Assembly (NCBI GenBank): GCA_034669905.1
Contig: JAXMOL010000002.1
Location: forward strand, 64,001 to 128,000
Length of the DNA stretch: 64,000 nt
DNA from: Candidatus Hydrogenedentota bacterium
GTDB lineage: Bacteria > Hydrogenedentota > Hydrogenedentia > Hydrogenedentales > JAEUWI01
Direction of reading: 5' to 3'
The notes beneath the pieces are model-generated. The model was not told the DNA's origin and did not search any database. It saw only the letters and a program-made list of their open reading frames with translations. The position numbers and the translations under genes were made by a program. Positions 40,965 to 49,771 of this stretch are shown here, piece after piece; the first letter of the stretch is position 1, and the number at the start of each line of letters is the position of its first letter.

Positions 40965-41013
40965 AATTCCCAATTCTAAATTCTAAATTCACTATTCAAA
41001 ATTCACCATTCTA
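40965..41013. repeat. Heptamer tandem repeat (nATTCnn x7) directly after the PQQ dehydrogenase stop
   Basis: aattccc-aattcta-aattcta-aattcac-tattcaa-aattcac-cattcta. Confidence 0.8.
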
Positions 41014-41019
41014 ACTTCT

Positions 41020-43140
41020 TCACTTCTCAATTCGAAACGCGACGTACGCATCGCCTTCGTCGGTGCCCATCTTGCCGCCGGCGGCAGCGGTCACGACGTA
41101 CTGCACGCCGTCGACCATATAGGTGGCGGGTGTGGCGTAGCCCCCGGCGGGGAGTTTGGTTTCCCACAGGAGCTTGCCGGATTTTTTGTCATAGGCGTGG
41201 AACATCTCGTCTTTCGTGGCGCCGATGAAAATTACACCACCCTTGGTCACGAGGGGGCCGCCGTAGTTTTCGGTGCCCGTTTGTTCGTGGCCTTCTTCAC
41301 GGAGGCGGGGCGTATCGCCGAGCACGGACTTCCACACGATTTCGCCCGTGTTCATATCGATGGCATTGAGGGTGCCCCAGGGCGGCTTGATGGCGGGATA
41401 GCCCAGGTGATCGACGAAGCGGTTCCAGCCCGTGTGGCGGAAGATGGGCTTCTTATCGGCGTCCGGTTTTTCGTCGTCCGCTTTTTCATCATGGGCGGTA
41501 TCGGCCGCGTAAATATAGTCGAGGATATTCTTCATACCCTGCTCCCCCAGGTTTTTGAAGGAAGGCATGAAGCCCTTGCCCGCGAGCATGAGGGCTTCGG
41601 CATCTTCCCGCTTGAGGCGCTCGCTGATGCCCTTGAGGGGCGGGTACATGCTGAAGGGATTCCCCTCGCGCTCGACGCCATGGCAGAAGAGACACTGCTT
41701 CGCATAAATCATGGCCCCTTCACGGAGGGCCGGGTCACTGCCGAGCTGATTGATATCCACCATGGTGAGAATCCACGGCATCTCGCTGGCGTTGATGTAG
41801 AGCAGGCCCGTCTCGGGGTCCACGGCCGCACCGCCCCATTCTCCGCCGCCATCGTAACCGGGAAAGACGAGGGTGCCTTCACGACTCGGCGGGGCGAAGC
41901 GCTCGCGACGGATGACCTCCCACCGTTTCATCACCATCTCGCGCGACTCGGGAGTAATGTCGGTGATGTCGTTAAAATCGAAGGTGCTGCGCGAAAAAGG
42001 TTCCGGCTTGGTGGGCACGGGTTGGGTCTTAGCGGCCAGCTCGCCCTCCAGGTCAGAGGCGGGCGCGGGCACTTCTTCAATCGGGAAAAGGGGCTCGCCG
42101 GTTTCACGATCGAAGAGGAAGACGAGGGCCGACTTGGTGATCTGTGCCACCGCATCGATCTTTTTCCCATCGTGCTCCACCGTGAGGAGGTTGGGCGGCG
42201 CGGGGAGATCGCGATCCCACAGGTCGTGGTGCACGGTCTGGAAATGCCACTTCCGCTCGCCGGTCCCCGCGTCCAGCGCCAGCAGGGTGTTGGCGAAAAG
42301 GTTGTCGCCGTGGCGATCGCCGCCGTAGAAATCAAAGGCCGCTGCGCCCGTGGGCACATAGACAATGCCCCGCTCGGCATCAAGGCTCATACCCGCCCAC
42401 GAGTTGGCCCCACCGGTAAACTCATGGGTGCCTTCCGGCCAGGTGTCATAGCCGAATTCGCCCGGCTGGGGAATGGTGTGAAAGGTCCACGCGATCGCGC
42501 CGGTGTGCACGTTGTAGGCCCGGATGTGCCCCGGTGCCGCGGGATGGGATTCCATGGTACGCAGGCCGATGATGTAAAGGTCTTGGTAGACCACGCCGGG
42601 GGACGAGGACTCGGCATAGATTTTTTCCGGGTCACGGCCGAGTCCTTCCGACAGCCGCACCTTTCCGCCGTCACCAAAGCCCTCCACCGGCTTCCCCGTG
42701 TCGGGGTCCAGGGCATACAGAAAGGGGCCGCCGCCATAGAGCAGGCGACGCTGGGTACCATCGGTCCACCAGCCAAAGCCGCGGCAGACCGACTTCTTCG
42801 GCTCATCGGCCGTAAAGGTCCATTTTTCCTCGCCCGTGGCGGCGTTGAGGGCGAAGACCTTCATAAAGGGGGACACGCCGTAAAGCACCCCGTCGATAAC
42901 GAGGGGGTTACATTGAATCTGACCCACCTTCTTCTCGTCGGCCCCTTCACTCGAATAGCGCCACGCGACGGAGAGCTTCGAAACGTTCTCCGTGTTGATT
43001 TGATCCAAGGTCGAGTATTGACCGCTGTCCGCCCCACCGAGATAGGCGCTCCAGTTGCGGTCCTGTGCGGTGGCCTGCGCGCCCGCCAGGAGCGCCGTGA
43101 GGCCCAGGGCCATCAGTTGGTGTTTCGCATGTTGCTTCAT
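41020..43140 (-). CDS. PQQ-dependent glucose/quinate-type dehydrogenase with an inserted cytochrome c domain
   Basis: Signal peptide; YSTLDQIN, WHFQTVHHDLWD, GGGEWGG, CLFCH and PPWGTL motifs. Confidence 0.88.
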   Translation of the reverse strand: MKQHAKHQLMALGLTALLAGAQATAQDRNWSAYLGGADSGQYSTLDQINTENVSKLSVAWRYSSEGADEKKVGQIQCNPLVIDGVLYGVSPFMKVFALNAATGEEKWTFTADEPKKSVCRGFGWWTDGTQRRLLYGGGPFLYALDPDTGKPVEGFGDGGKVRLSEGLGRDPEKIYAESSSPGVVYQDLYIIGLRTMESHPAAPGHIRAYNVHTGAIAWTFHTIPQPGEFGYDTWPEGTHEFTGGANSWAGMSLDAERGIVYVPTGAAAFDFYGGDRHGDNLFANTLLALDAGTGERKWHFQTVHHDLWDRDLPAPPNLLTVEHDGKKIDAVAQITKSALVFLFDRETGEPLFPIEEVPAPASDLEGELAAKTQPVPTKPEPFSRSTFDFNDITDITPESREMVMKRWEVIRRERFAPPSREGTLVFPGYDGGGEWGGAAVDPETGLLYINASEMPWILTMVDINQLGSDPALREGAMIYAKQCLFCHGVEREGNPFSMYPPLKGISERLKREDAEALMLAGKGFMPSFKNLGEQGMKNILDYIYAADTAHDEKADDEKPDADKKPIFRHTGWNRFVDHLGYPAIKPPWGTLNAIDMNTGEIVWKSVLGDTPRLREEGHEQTGTENYGGPLVTKGGVIFIGATKDEMFHAYDKKSGKLLWETKLPAGGYATPATYMVDGVQYVVTAAAGGKMGTDEGDAYVAFRIEK

Positions 43141-43250
43141 CGTTTTCCTTCCGCGCTCCCGGGTCTCGTACCAGGCCCATGGGACGTATGGGTCTTATCA
43201 GCCCTATATATCATGGGGATTATTTGCTCCACGGGCCGACAATCGATGTG

Positions 43251-44402
43251 TTACTCGGCCGCCAGCGTACCTATCAGCCAACCATACACCGAGTCGCCAA
43301 TCTGAAGATAGCCCGTGCCCGCCGGGTGCACACTGTTATTTTGCCGCGTCACTTCCACGTCATTGCGGCTGTTCGCCGGGCCCGTGCTGGTGGGATAGTT
43401 CCGCACACAGTCCAGGTTAATATAGGCCGGGATGAGGCTGATATGTTCGCCATCACGGCCACCATAGGTCTCGGCCATGCGCTCCACGACCCGGTGCTGA
43501 TTGCGGCGATACTGCCAACGGGTCTGGTTGTTCTTGTAGTTCGCCCCAAAGGCATCCTGACTCACCGTAGGCGGTACGGGCGCGAGGAGCCCGATTTTCG
43601 TGGCCGGGTTCACGCCGTGTATCTGGGCGATGAGGGCGTCCATGTGGCCAAACATCGCGTCGATAACCCCTTCAATGTTGTCGTCTTTGGCGCTGAAGGT
43701 ATCGTTGCAGCCCAGGAAAAGGGTCACCACATCGGGCGCCACGCCACCGTTCACCTCCGCACAATAACGGCCATAGTCGAGTCCAATTTCACCGGCTTCA
43801 TTCTTGTAGACAAAGGGGCTGGGACGTTCCTTGTAGGGCGCATCGCGGGGGGCGTCGGTGTAGTGGGTGGCGAAACGTGCCGCCGTCCAGCCGCCATAGC
43901 CCTCGTGGCGATTCCGCTTGTCATCTTTCGGCGCATGGCTACCCACCAGGGTCAGGGTCGGCGTATCGTCGGTGGCACAGAAATCCACCAGCGCCTGGGT
44001 GTAAATGGAGGCATGGGTGAGGCTGTCGCCAATGACGAGGGCCGATACGGCGCGGTCTTTCAAGGTCGCCGGGTCCGTCACCACCACGGTGCTCTTGCCC
44101 TCGGCAATGACCGCGTTACTCTGATTGAAGACCCGCAAGGTCAACGCATAGCTGCCCACTTCTTTCGTCTTGGGCGTATAGGTCCAGCGCTCGGCCTGCT
44201 GGATGCCCACGCCGCAGTCCACATCAAAGGCATAGTTATTGGCATTGAGGACCAGGACCACATTGTCGAAGTAGAGATTGGCTTCTACGCCCGGAGTCGC
44301 GTAGATCGTGGTGGGCATGGCCAGCCGCACGGGCGCCGATTCGGCTCCCACCACCCCTGCGATTGAGAGAAAAGACAAGAGCAGGACACGAACAAATAAC
44401 AT
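43251..44402 (-). CDS. SGNH/GDSL hydrolase family protein
   Basis: IGDSLT, HEGYGGW, LGCND and VHP motifs; signal peptide. Confidence 0.85.
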   Translation of the reverse strand: MLFVRVLLLSFLSIAGVVGAESAPVRLAMPTTIYATPGVEANLYFDNVVLVLNANNYAFDVDCGVGIQQAERWTYTPKTKEVGSYALTLRVFNQSNAVIAEGKSTVVVTDPATLKDRAVSALVIGDSLTHASIYTQALVDFCATDDTPTLTLVGSHAPKDDKRNRHEGYGGWTAARFATHYTDAPRDAPYKERPSPFVYKNEAGEIGLDYGRYCAEVNGGVAPDVVTLFLGCNDTFSAKDDNIEGVIDAMFGHMDALIAQIHGVNPATKIGLLAPVPPTVSQDAFGANYKNNQTRWQYRRNQHRVVERMAETYGGRDGEHISLIPAYINLDCVRNYPTSTGPANSRNDVEVTRQNNSVHPAGTGYLQIGDSVYGWLIGTLAAE

Positions 44403-44640
44403 GGGAGAACCTCCAGAACGAAACGCCACACGATAGGAAGCTTCCCATGCTAGCGTTTGGCCCCGCAGATTGCAATGCCGTCGGGAGTCAGGCGGAGGGT
44501 TAGTGGTCCCCGCCTGACTAGAGACCCACGGAGGCCATCCCCGGTACGGGCTGTGGGGAAGGAGACGTAGTCGCCACACGACATCCCGCCATCCAGTGGG
44601 CTCAACAACATGCCATGACAAGCGGGACGCTTATCCCACT

Positions 44641-44685
44641 AAAAAAGCCGGGGCCATCTCCCTCGCAAGGAAGACAGCCCCGGCT
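44641..44685 (-). terminator. Rho-independent terminator after the aldehyde dehydrogenase
   Basis: AGCCGGGGC...GCCCCGGCT stem followed by T6 on the minus strand. Confidence 0.75.
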
Positions 44686-44699
44686 CCAAACTCTCTGGT

Positions 44700-46097
44700 T
44701 TACCCGGGAATTTCGGTCCGCAGGTGCATGCTCTTAAGCCGCGTAAAGCCCAGCAGGCCATAGGTCGACAGGGTCGCGCCGCGGCCCGTGTCTTTCACGC
44801 CACACCAGGGCAAGGCCGGGTCCAGGCAATCGCAGCGGTTCATGAAGAAGGTGCCCGTCTCAATCTGCTCACCAATGCGAATGGCCCGCTCCGTATCGCT
44901 GGTCCAGATGGAGGCCGTCAGGCCATAGGGACTGTCGTTCATGTATTGGATGGCCTCTTCATCGCTGGAGACCTTGCAGATGCCAATGACGGGACCGAAG
45001 CTCTCTTCCTGCATGAGGGAGCAATCCTGGGGCGCATCGGCCACCACGGCGGGCGCGAGGAAGTAGCCCTTCGACGGCGTCGTGAATTCATCGGGCGAAA
45101 CCACCAGGCGCCCACCGGCGGCCACGGCGTCTTGCACCTGCTGCTTCAAAAAGGGAATAGCGCCCTTGGAGGCCAGGGGCCCGAGGCTCGTCTTTTCATC
45201 CGTGGGATCGCCCACCACGTATTCGCGCGCTTTGGCGGCGTAGGCTTCCACGAACTTATCATAGATGGGTGCTTCCACGTAGATACGCTCCACCGCACAG
45301 CAGGACTGACCCGCGTTGTAAAAGGCGCCGTCCACGCAATTGGCCACGGCCCAGTCGAAATCGGCATCGGCGCACACATAGGCCGGGTCTTTTCCGCCCA
45401 ACTCCAGGCCCACTTCTATGAAGCGGTCGGCCGCACTGCGGTTGACCTGACGGCCACCAGACACGGAGCCCGTAAAGGAGACGTGGTCTACGCCCGCGTG
45501 TTTAATCAACAGCTCCGTCACGCTGTGGTCCGCCGCGATGGCCTGCACGAGCCCTTCGGGCGCGCCGGCGGCACGGAAGGCATCTTCAAAGGCCGTGGCA
45601 CAGAGGGGCGTCTTGCTGGAATGCTTGACGATGACTGCATTACCCGCGAGCACAGCCGGCACCACTACGTTGACGGCAATCAGCAGGGGATAGTTCCACG
45701 CGGCAATATCGAGCACGACTCCCAAGGGTTCGTGACGGATATACCGGGTGAAGCCTGCCTTCTCGGGGAGCGCATCATCGGCCAGGGTTTCTTCGGCAAT
45801 GGCGATCATGTGATTGCCCCGCTCTAAGACCCCGCCAATCTCGCCCTTCGCCTGGCCCAGGGGTTTGCCCATCTGCGCGGTAATGGCGGAAGCCACTTCG
45901 TCGCCGTTGGCTTCAAACCAGGCCAGGGCCCGTTCGCAGAGGGCTTTGCGTTCGCCCAGGGGCGAGGTGCGCCAGGCGGTGTAGGCCTCACGGGCACGGG
46001 ATACGACGGCGTCGACCCCATCGGCGGAAAGGCCCTCGACGGTGTAGACCACTTCTTCGGTGGCGGGACTGATAACTTCAATGACAGTACTGGCCAT
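44700..46097 (-). CDS. Aldehyde dehydrogenase family protein
   Basis: AWNYP, FTGS, LELGGKDP, NAGQSCC and EESFGP motifs. Confidence 0.95.
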   Translation of the reverse strand: MASTVIEVISPATEEVVYTVEGLSADGVDAVVSRAREAYTAWRTSPLGERKALCERALAWFEANGDEVASAITAQMGKPLGQAKGEIGGVLERGNHMIAIAEETLADDALPEKAGFTRYIRHEPLGVVLDIAAWNYPLLIAVNVVVPAVLAGNAVIVKHSSKTPLCATAFEDAFRAAGAPEGLVQAIAADHSVTELLIKHAGVDHVSFTGSVSGGRQVNRSAADRFIEVGLELGGKDPAYVCADADFDWAVANCVDGAFYNAGQSCCAVERIYVEAPIYDKFVEAYAAKAREYVVGDPTDEKTSLGPLASKGAIPFLKQQVQDAVAAGGRLVVSPDEFTTPSKGYFLAPAVVADAPQDCSLMQEESFGPVIGICKVSSDEEAIQYMNDSPYGLTASIWTSDTERAIRIGEQIETGTFFMNRCDCLDPALPWCGVKDTGRGATLSTYGLLGFTRLKSMHLRTEIPG

Positions 46098-46372
46098 GAT
46101 AAACCTCGTATAGTTGGCAGGCGATCACCGGGGAATTTCGACGACACAAAAAGGATGGAGCCGTGATCGCAGGCCACATCGCTATCCGCTCTGGGTGGAA
46201 GGAAGTGCACAGAACATGCGGGGTGCGGCACCCAGAAACCGTGGACCCAGTATACGGCAGCGCCCATTTTCCGCGCAAGCATGACCTGTTTGCAAAGCCA
46301 CTGTTGAAGCGTTACCATGGTGGAAGGGAATGCTGTTTTCACCGTGTACAATATCTGGAGAGAGGTATTATC

Positions 46373-47875
46373 GTGGCTGTTTTCGTAATGGGTACGGGTG
46401 CGCAGCACTCGCTTCAAAATGTCGTTGCACTCTTGGAAAAACAGCTATTGCGCACGCAGGGAATCCCCCGACGCATCAACGCCTGGAGTGGTAACTTCCG
46501 GATGGAAGCAGAGCGTGTCGACTTCGAGTCGCCCTTCTGTCGTTTCGTCGTTTTTCTGCCGGAAGATTGGCCCGACATCGCCGCACTTGAAGAAAAAGCC
46601 CGGAGTCTCGCACCCTATGGCGCGGTCTCGCACAATGAGGATAACGTCCAGTTTTCCTTCGCACCGCCCGAAGGCGAAGGACCAGAGAAAACGCTTGAAG
46701 CCTTCGATGCCTTCGCGGCCGAATTCACCCTCCCGGAAGTGTGGCGGGCAGAGGGCGACAAATACCGCCTCGACCACATCAGCGCCGAACTCCTCTTCAA
46801 GGCTATCATCCAATACCGTGCCAGTGACGTACACCTTTCCCCCGGCGTGAGTCCTGTGTTCCGCATCGACGGGGAGACGCGCTCCTCCGATCTGCTGGGT
46901 CCCCTTTCCGCCGTTCAGATTGAAAGCCTGATTCGCGAGATATGCCTCGACGAAGCCTGGAAAGAATTTGAACTGACCCGGCAAACAAGTTTTAACTACC
47001 ACCAGTCGGGCCTGGGGTATTCCCGCGTATCGGCCTTCGTCAAATCGGGCGCGCCCCATTGCACGATTCGATTCCTACCGGAGACCATCCCCAGCTTTGA
47101 GGAGCTTCACGTTCCGAAAGATACCATGGTCAAGCTGGCCGAACTCCACCGGGGGCTGCTCCTCGTAACGGGCATGACCGGCAGCGGTAAAACGACCACT
47201 GTGGCCGCCCTCATCGACTGGATCAATTCCACCCGATCCAGTCATATTCTCACCATCGAGAACCCCATCGAGTTTGTGCATACCAATAAGAAGTCTATCG
47301 TCTCCCAACGAAACCTCGGCCTGGATGTGGACTCGTTTTATGACGCCGTCACCGGCGCATTGCGCCATGACCCCGACGTCATCCTGATTGGTGAAATGCG
47401 GGACCCCGATACCATCCGGTCGGCCATCAACGCGGCGGCCACCGGCCACCTGGTGGTGAGTACGCTCCACGCCAACACGGCAGCCGAAGTGGTGAACCGG
47501 GTGCTCAGCTTCTTCGATCCCATTGAGCGCGACCTGGTGAAACTCCAGCTGCGCGACTGTCTCCAATGCGTTATCTGCCAACGCCTCGTCCCCAAACTCG
47601 GGGGTGGCCGCATACCCGCCCTCGAAATGATGCTCAACGATGTAAAGGCCATCGCCGATGGCATCATGGAAGGCAGCACCGACCACATTCGCATCGGGAT
47701 GCAGCAAACGGTTTCCCACTCCTTCCTCTTCGAGCACTACCTCCATAATCTGCTGAAGCAACAGAAAGTCGATCTGGCCCACGCCCAGGAGTTTGCCACC
47801 GACCAGAGCATGCTCGACCAGATTCGTATGGGCACCTACGCCGTACCCCGCTTGGAAGGCGTGCGCGCACACTAA
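46373..47875 (+). CDS. PilT/PilU-family ATPase with N-terminal extension
   Basis: ASDVHL, GMTGSGKTT, TIENPIE, LRHDPDVILIGEMRD and TGHLVVSTLH motifs; GTG start after GGAGAGAGG. Confidence 0.85.
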   Translation: MAVFVMGTGAQHSLQNVVALLEKQLLRTQGIPRRINAWSGNFRMEAERVDFESPFCRFVVFLPEDWPDIAALEEKARSLAPYGAVSHNEDNVQFSFAPPEGEGPEKTLEAFDAFAAEFTLPEVWRAEGDKYRLDHISAELLFKAIIQYRASDVHLSPGVSPVFRIDGETRSSDLLGPLSAVQIESLIREICLDEAWKEFELTRQTSFNYHQSGLGYSRVSAFVKSGAPHCTIRFLPETIPSFEELHVPKDTMVKLAELHRGLLLVTGMTGSGKTTTVAALIDWINSTRSSHILTIENPIEFVHTNKKSIVSQRNLGLDVDSFYDAVTGALRHDPDVILIGEMRDPDTIRSAINAAATGHLVVSTLHANTAAEVVNRVLSFFDPIERDLVKLQLRDCLQCVICQRLVPKLGGGRIPALEMMLNDVKAIADGIMEGSTDHIRIGMQQTVSHSFLFEHYLHNLLKQQKVDLAHAQEFATDQSMLDQIRMGTYAVPRLEGVRAH

Positions 47876-48182
47876 ATAAGCGAAGGTAGACCCCGATCAA
47901 ATCCAACTCGTTCGTTACGACAGCGCAGGCAAGCGCCTGCAACAGGCCAACGGACGTTCGGCTTGGCCACTATTGATTTAAAGAAGTCTTTGACATTTGG
48001 GAGCCCAGGCCCCAAATCTTTAAGATGGCAACCGAATAACTTGGAAAATGTCCGAGATGAATCTTCGCCTATTTAGGCGAAGACGGCGACCGACGACGAG
48101 AGACTACGGCGCTTCCACGGGATGGTGAGTGCTGCAAGACGTCGTGTGCGGCCCCCTTACGGGCACCGGGCTTCAAGCAGGG

Positions 48183-49703
48183 TCAGCCGGCCGACGTGAC
48201 CCCCGACCCCAAGGCCGGTACGGCATCTTCCGCGGCGGCGGGAACGGGCGGGGGCGTCGCGGCTTTCTTGCGCGCCAGATGGCGCAGACGGTGGATAATA
48301 ATCGCCTCGTTGCGAATGGAAACCGTCAGCGCAATCATGAACCAGTAGGGCTCCATGATGCGGACGATCAAGAATGAAATCGTGCCGAAAGAGTGGACGA
48401 TAAGGGCCGCCGTGGCCCCAAACATGCCCAGGGCAATACCCCGCGCCATCCAATCTTCCGTCCAGCGATACGCCTGGCGGGTCGTACGAAGCACCTGGAC
48501 CAATAAGAAGACAAACGCAACGAGCCCTACCACCCCGGTCTCGAGCAATACCCGGGCGTATTGGCTGTCCAGCACCGACTCCCACGAGACCCCGCCGCCA
48601 AAGAAAAAGAACTGGGGCCCCAGACTGAGAATAAACCCGACCTTTCGCCAGACGTGGACGCGCTCATAGGTGGACTTGTCGACGTTCACGCCGAAATCCC
48701 GGCCAGCTACGACCAAGTCACGGCCCCCGTCTTCTTGTATCGTATAGGCCACCCGCTCGATGACCTCCGCCGGCATGACCAGGGTGGATGAGGCGAGCAA
48801 AATGGCAATGCCGAGCAGTATCAGATACTTTCGGCTCATCAATGCGATAACCGTGAAGCCGACCAGCAGGGCCACGTAAGAAGCGCGCGAGAGCGTATAG
48901 AGCAGGGGAATAAACCCGATGGCGACCACGAAAAAATACACGCATTTCAGGCGTAGCTTTTTCGCCTGTAGCGCCAAGCCCAATGCCACGCAAAGACAAA
49001 TAACCAGATAGCCCCCCAACGTGTTCGGCTCCGTGCCGCCCTTTTCAAAGGGTGCACTCACGCGGGGGGTCGTCCCGATGCTGTAGATGCCATAGCCACT
49101 CACAATCAACATGACGATGAAGAACAGCAGGATCGGAGAACGAAGATCTTTGGACGCCCGTACGGAGTGGGCCACCATGAAAAAGATGAGATAGAACTCC
49201 AACATCTTTAACATGACGAAGAAGGCCGTCCGCTTATCCCACGCGGGCAAACTCCGTTCGTATGCCAGTATGGTCGCAAAAACACACACCGCAAAATAGG
49301 CGACGATGCCCGAGTTAATGGGACTTGGCTGCCAGAGGGCCAGTCGCCCCTCAAAGGTCAGCTTAATCATGACGCCAATGAAGATGACAATGATCAGCAG
49401 ATCGTCATAGCGGATATTGAGACTTCGATCGCCATTGGCCGCAGGCCGCAACTCGATCTCCGGCGACAACAACATGGCAATAATCAGGATAAACAGACCG
49501 AGTTCGACGCGGACAACCGTGCCGCCAAAGACCACCATGCTCACGGCCAGCGCCGCGGTGAGGCTGTCATTCCCCAGAATCAGGTGCTGGGCCACCAGAA
49601 TCATGCTGCTGAGGAGCATGAAGGCGGCGAAAATCGGGACTTCCAGTTGACTCTCGGCAACTTCACCACGACCGATTCCGCGCTCTGATCGGAAGAATGC
49701 CAT
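48183..49703 (-). CDS. O-antigen ligase / Wzy-type polymerase family protein
   Basis: Many TM segments; EPNTLGGYL, TLSRASY and DSQYARVLLETGVVG motifs. Confidence 0.8.
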   Translation of the reverse strand: MAFFRSERGIGRGEVAESQLEVPIFAAFMLLSSMILVAQHLILGNDSLTAALAVSMVVFGGTVVRVELGLFILIIAMLLSPEIELRPAANGDRSLNIRYDDLLIIVIFIGVMIKLTFEGRLALWQPSPINSGIVAYFAVCVFATILAYERSLPAWDKRTAFFVMLKMLEFYLIFFMVAHSVRASKDLRSPILLFFIVMLIVSGYGIYSIGTTPRVSAPFEKGGTEPNTLGGYLVICLCVALGLALQAKKLRLKCVYFFVVAIGFIPLLYTLSRASYVALLVGFTVIALMSRKYLILLGIAILLASSTLVMPAEVIERVAYTIQEDGGRDLVVAGRDFGVNVDKSTYERVHVWRKVGFILSLGPQFFFFGGGVSWESVLDSQYARVLLETGVVGLVAFVFLLVQVLRTTRQAYRWTEDWMARGIALGMFGATAALIVHSFGTISFLIVRIMEPYWFMIALTVSIRNEAIIIHRLRHLARKKAATPPPVPAAAEDAVPALGSGVTSAG

Positions 49704-49771
49704 GCCTGTCCCTTATCCTGTCCACACGGCGCACACACCAACACGGTGCGGGCCGGAATTCGCGCGATCGA

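Noticed and set aside
47880..48180. ncRNA between the PilT-like and Wzy-like genes
   Set aside because: Only short hairpins (e.g. TCTTCGCCT-attt-AGGCGAAGA), adequately explained as terminators of convergent genes
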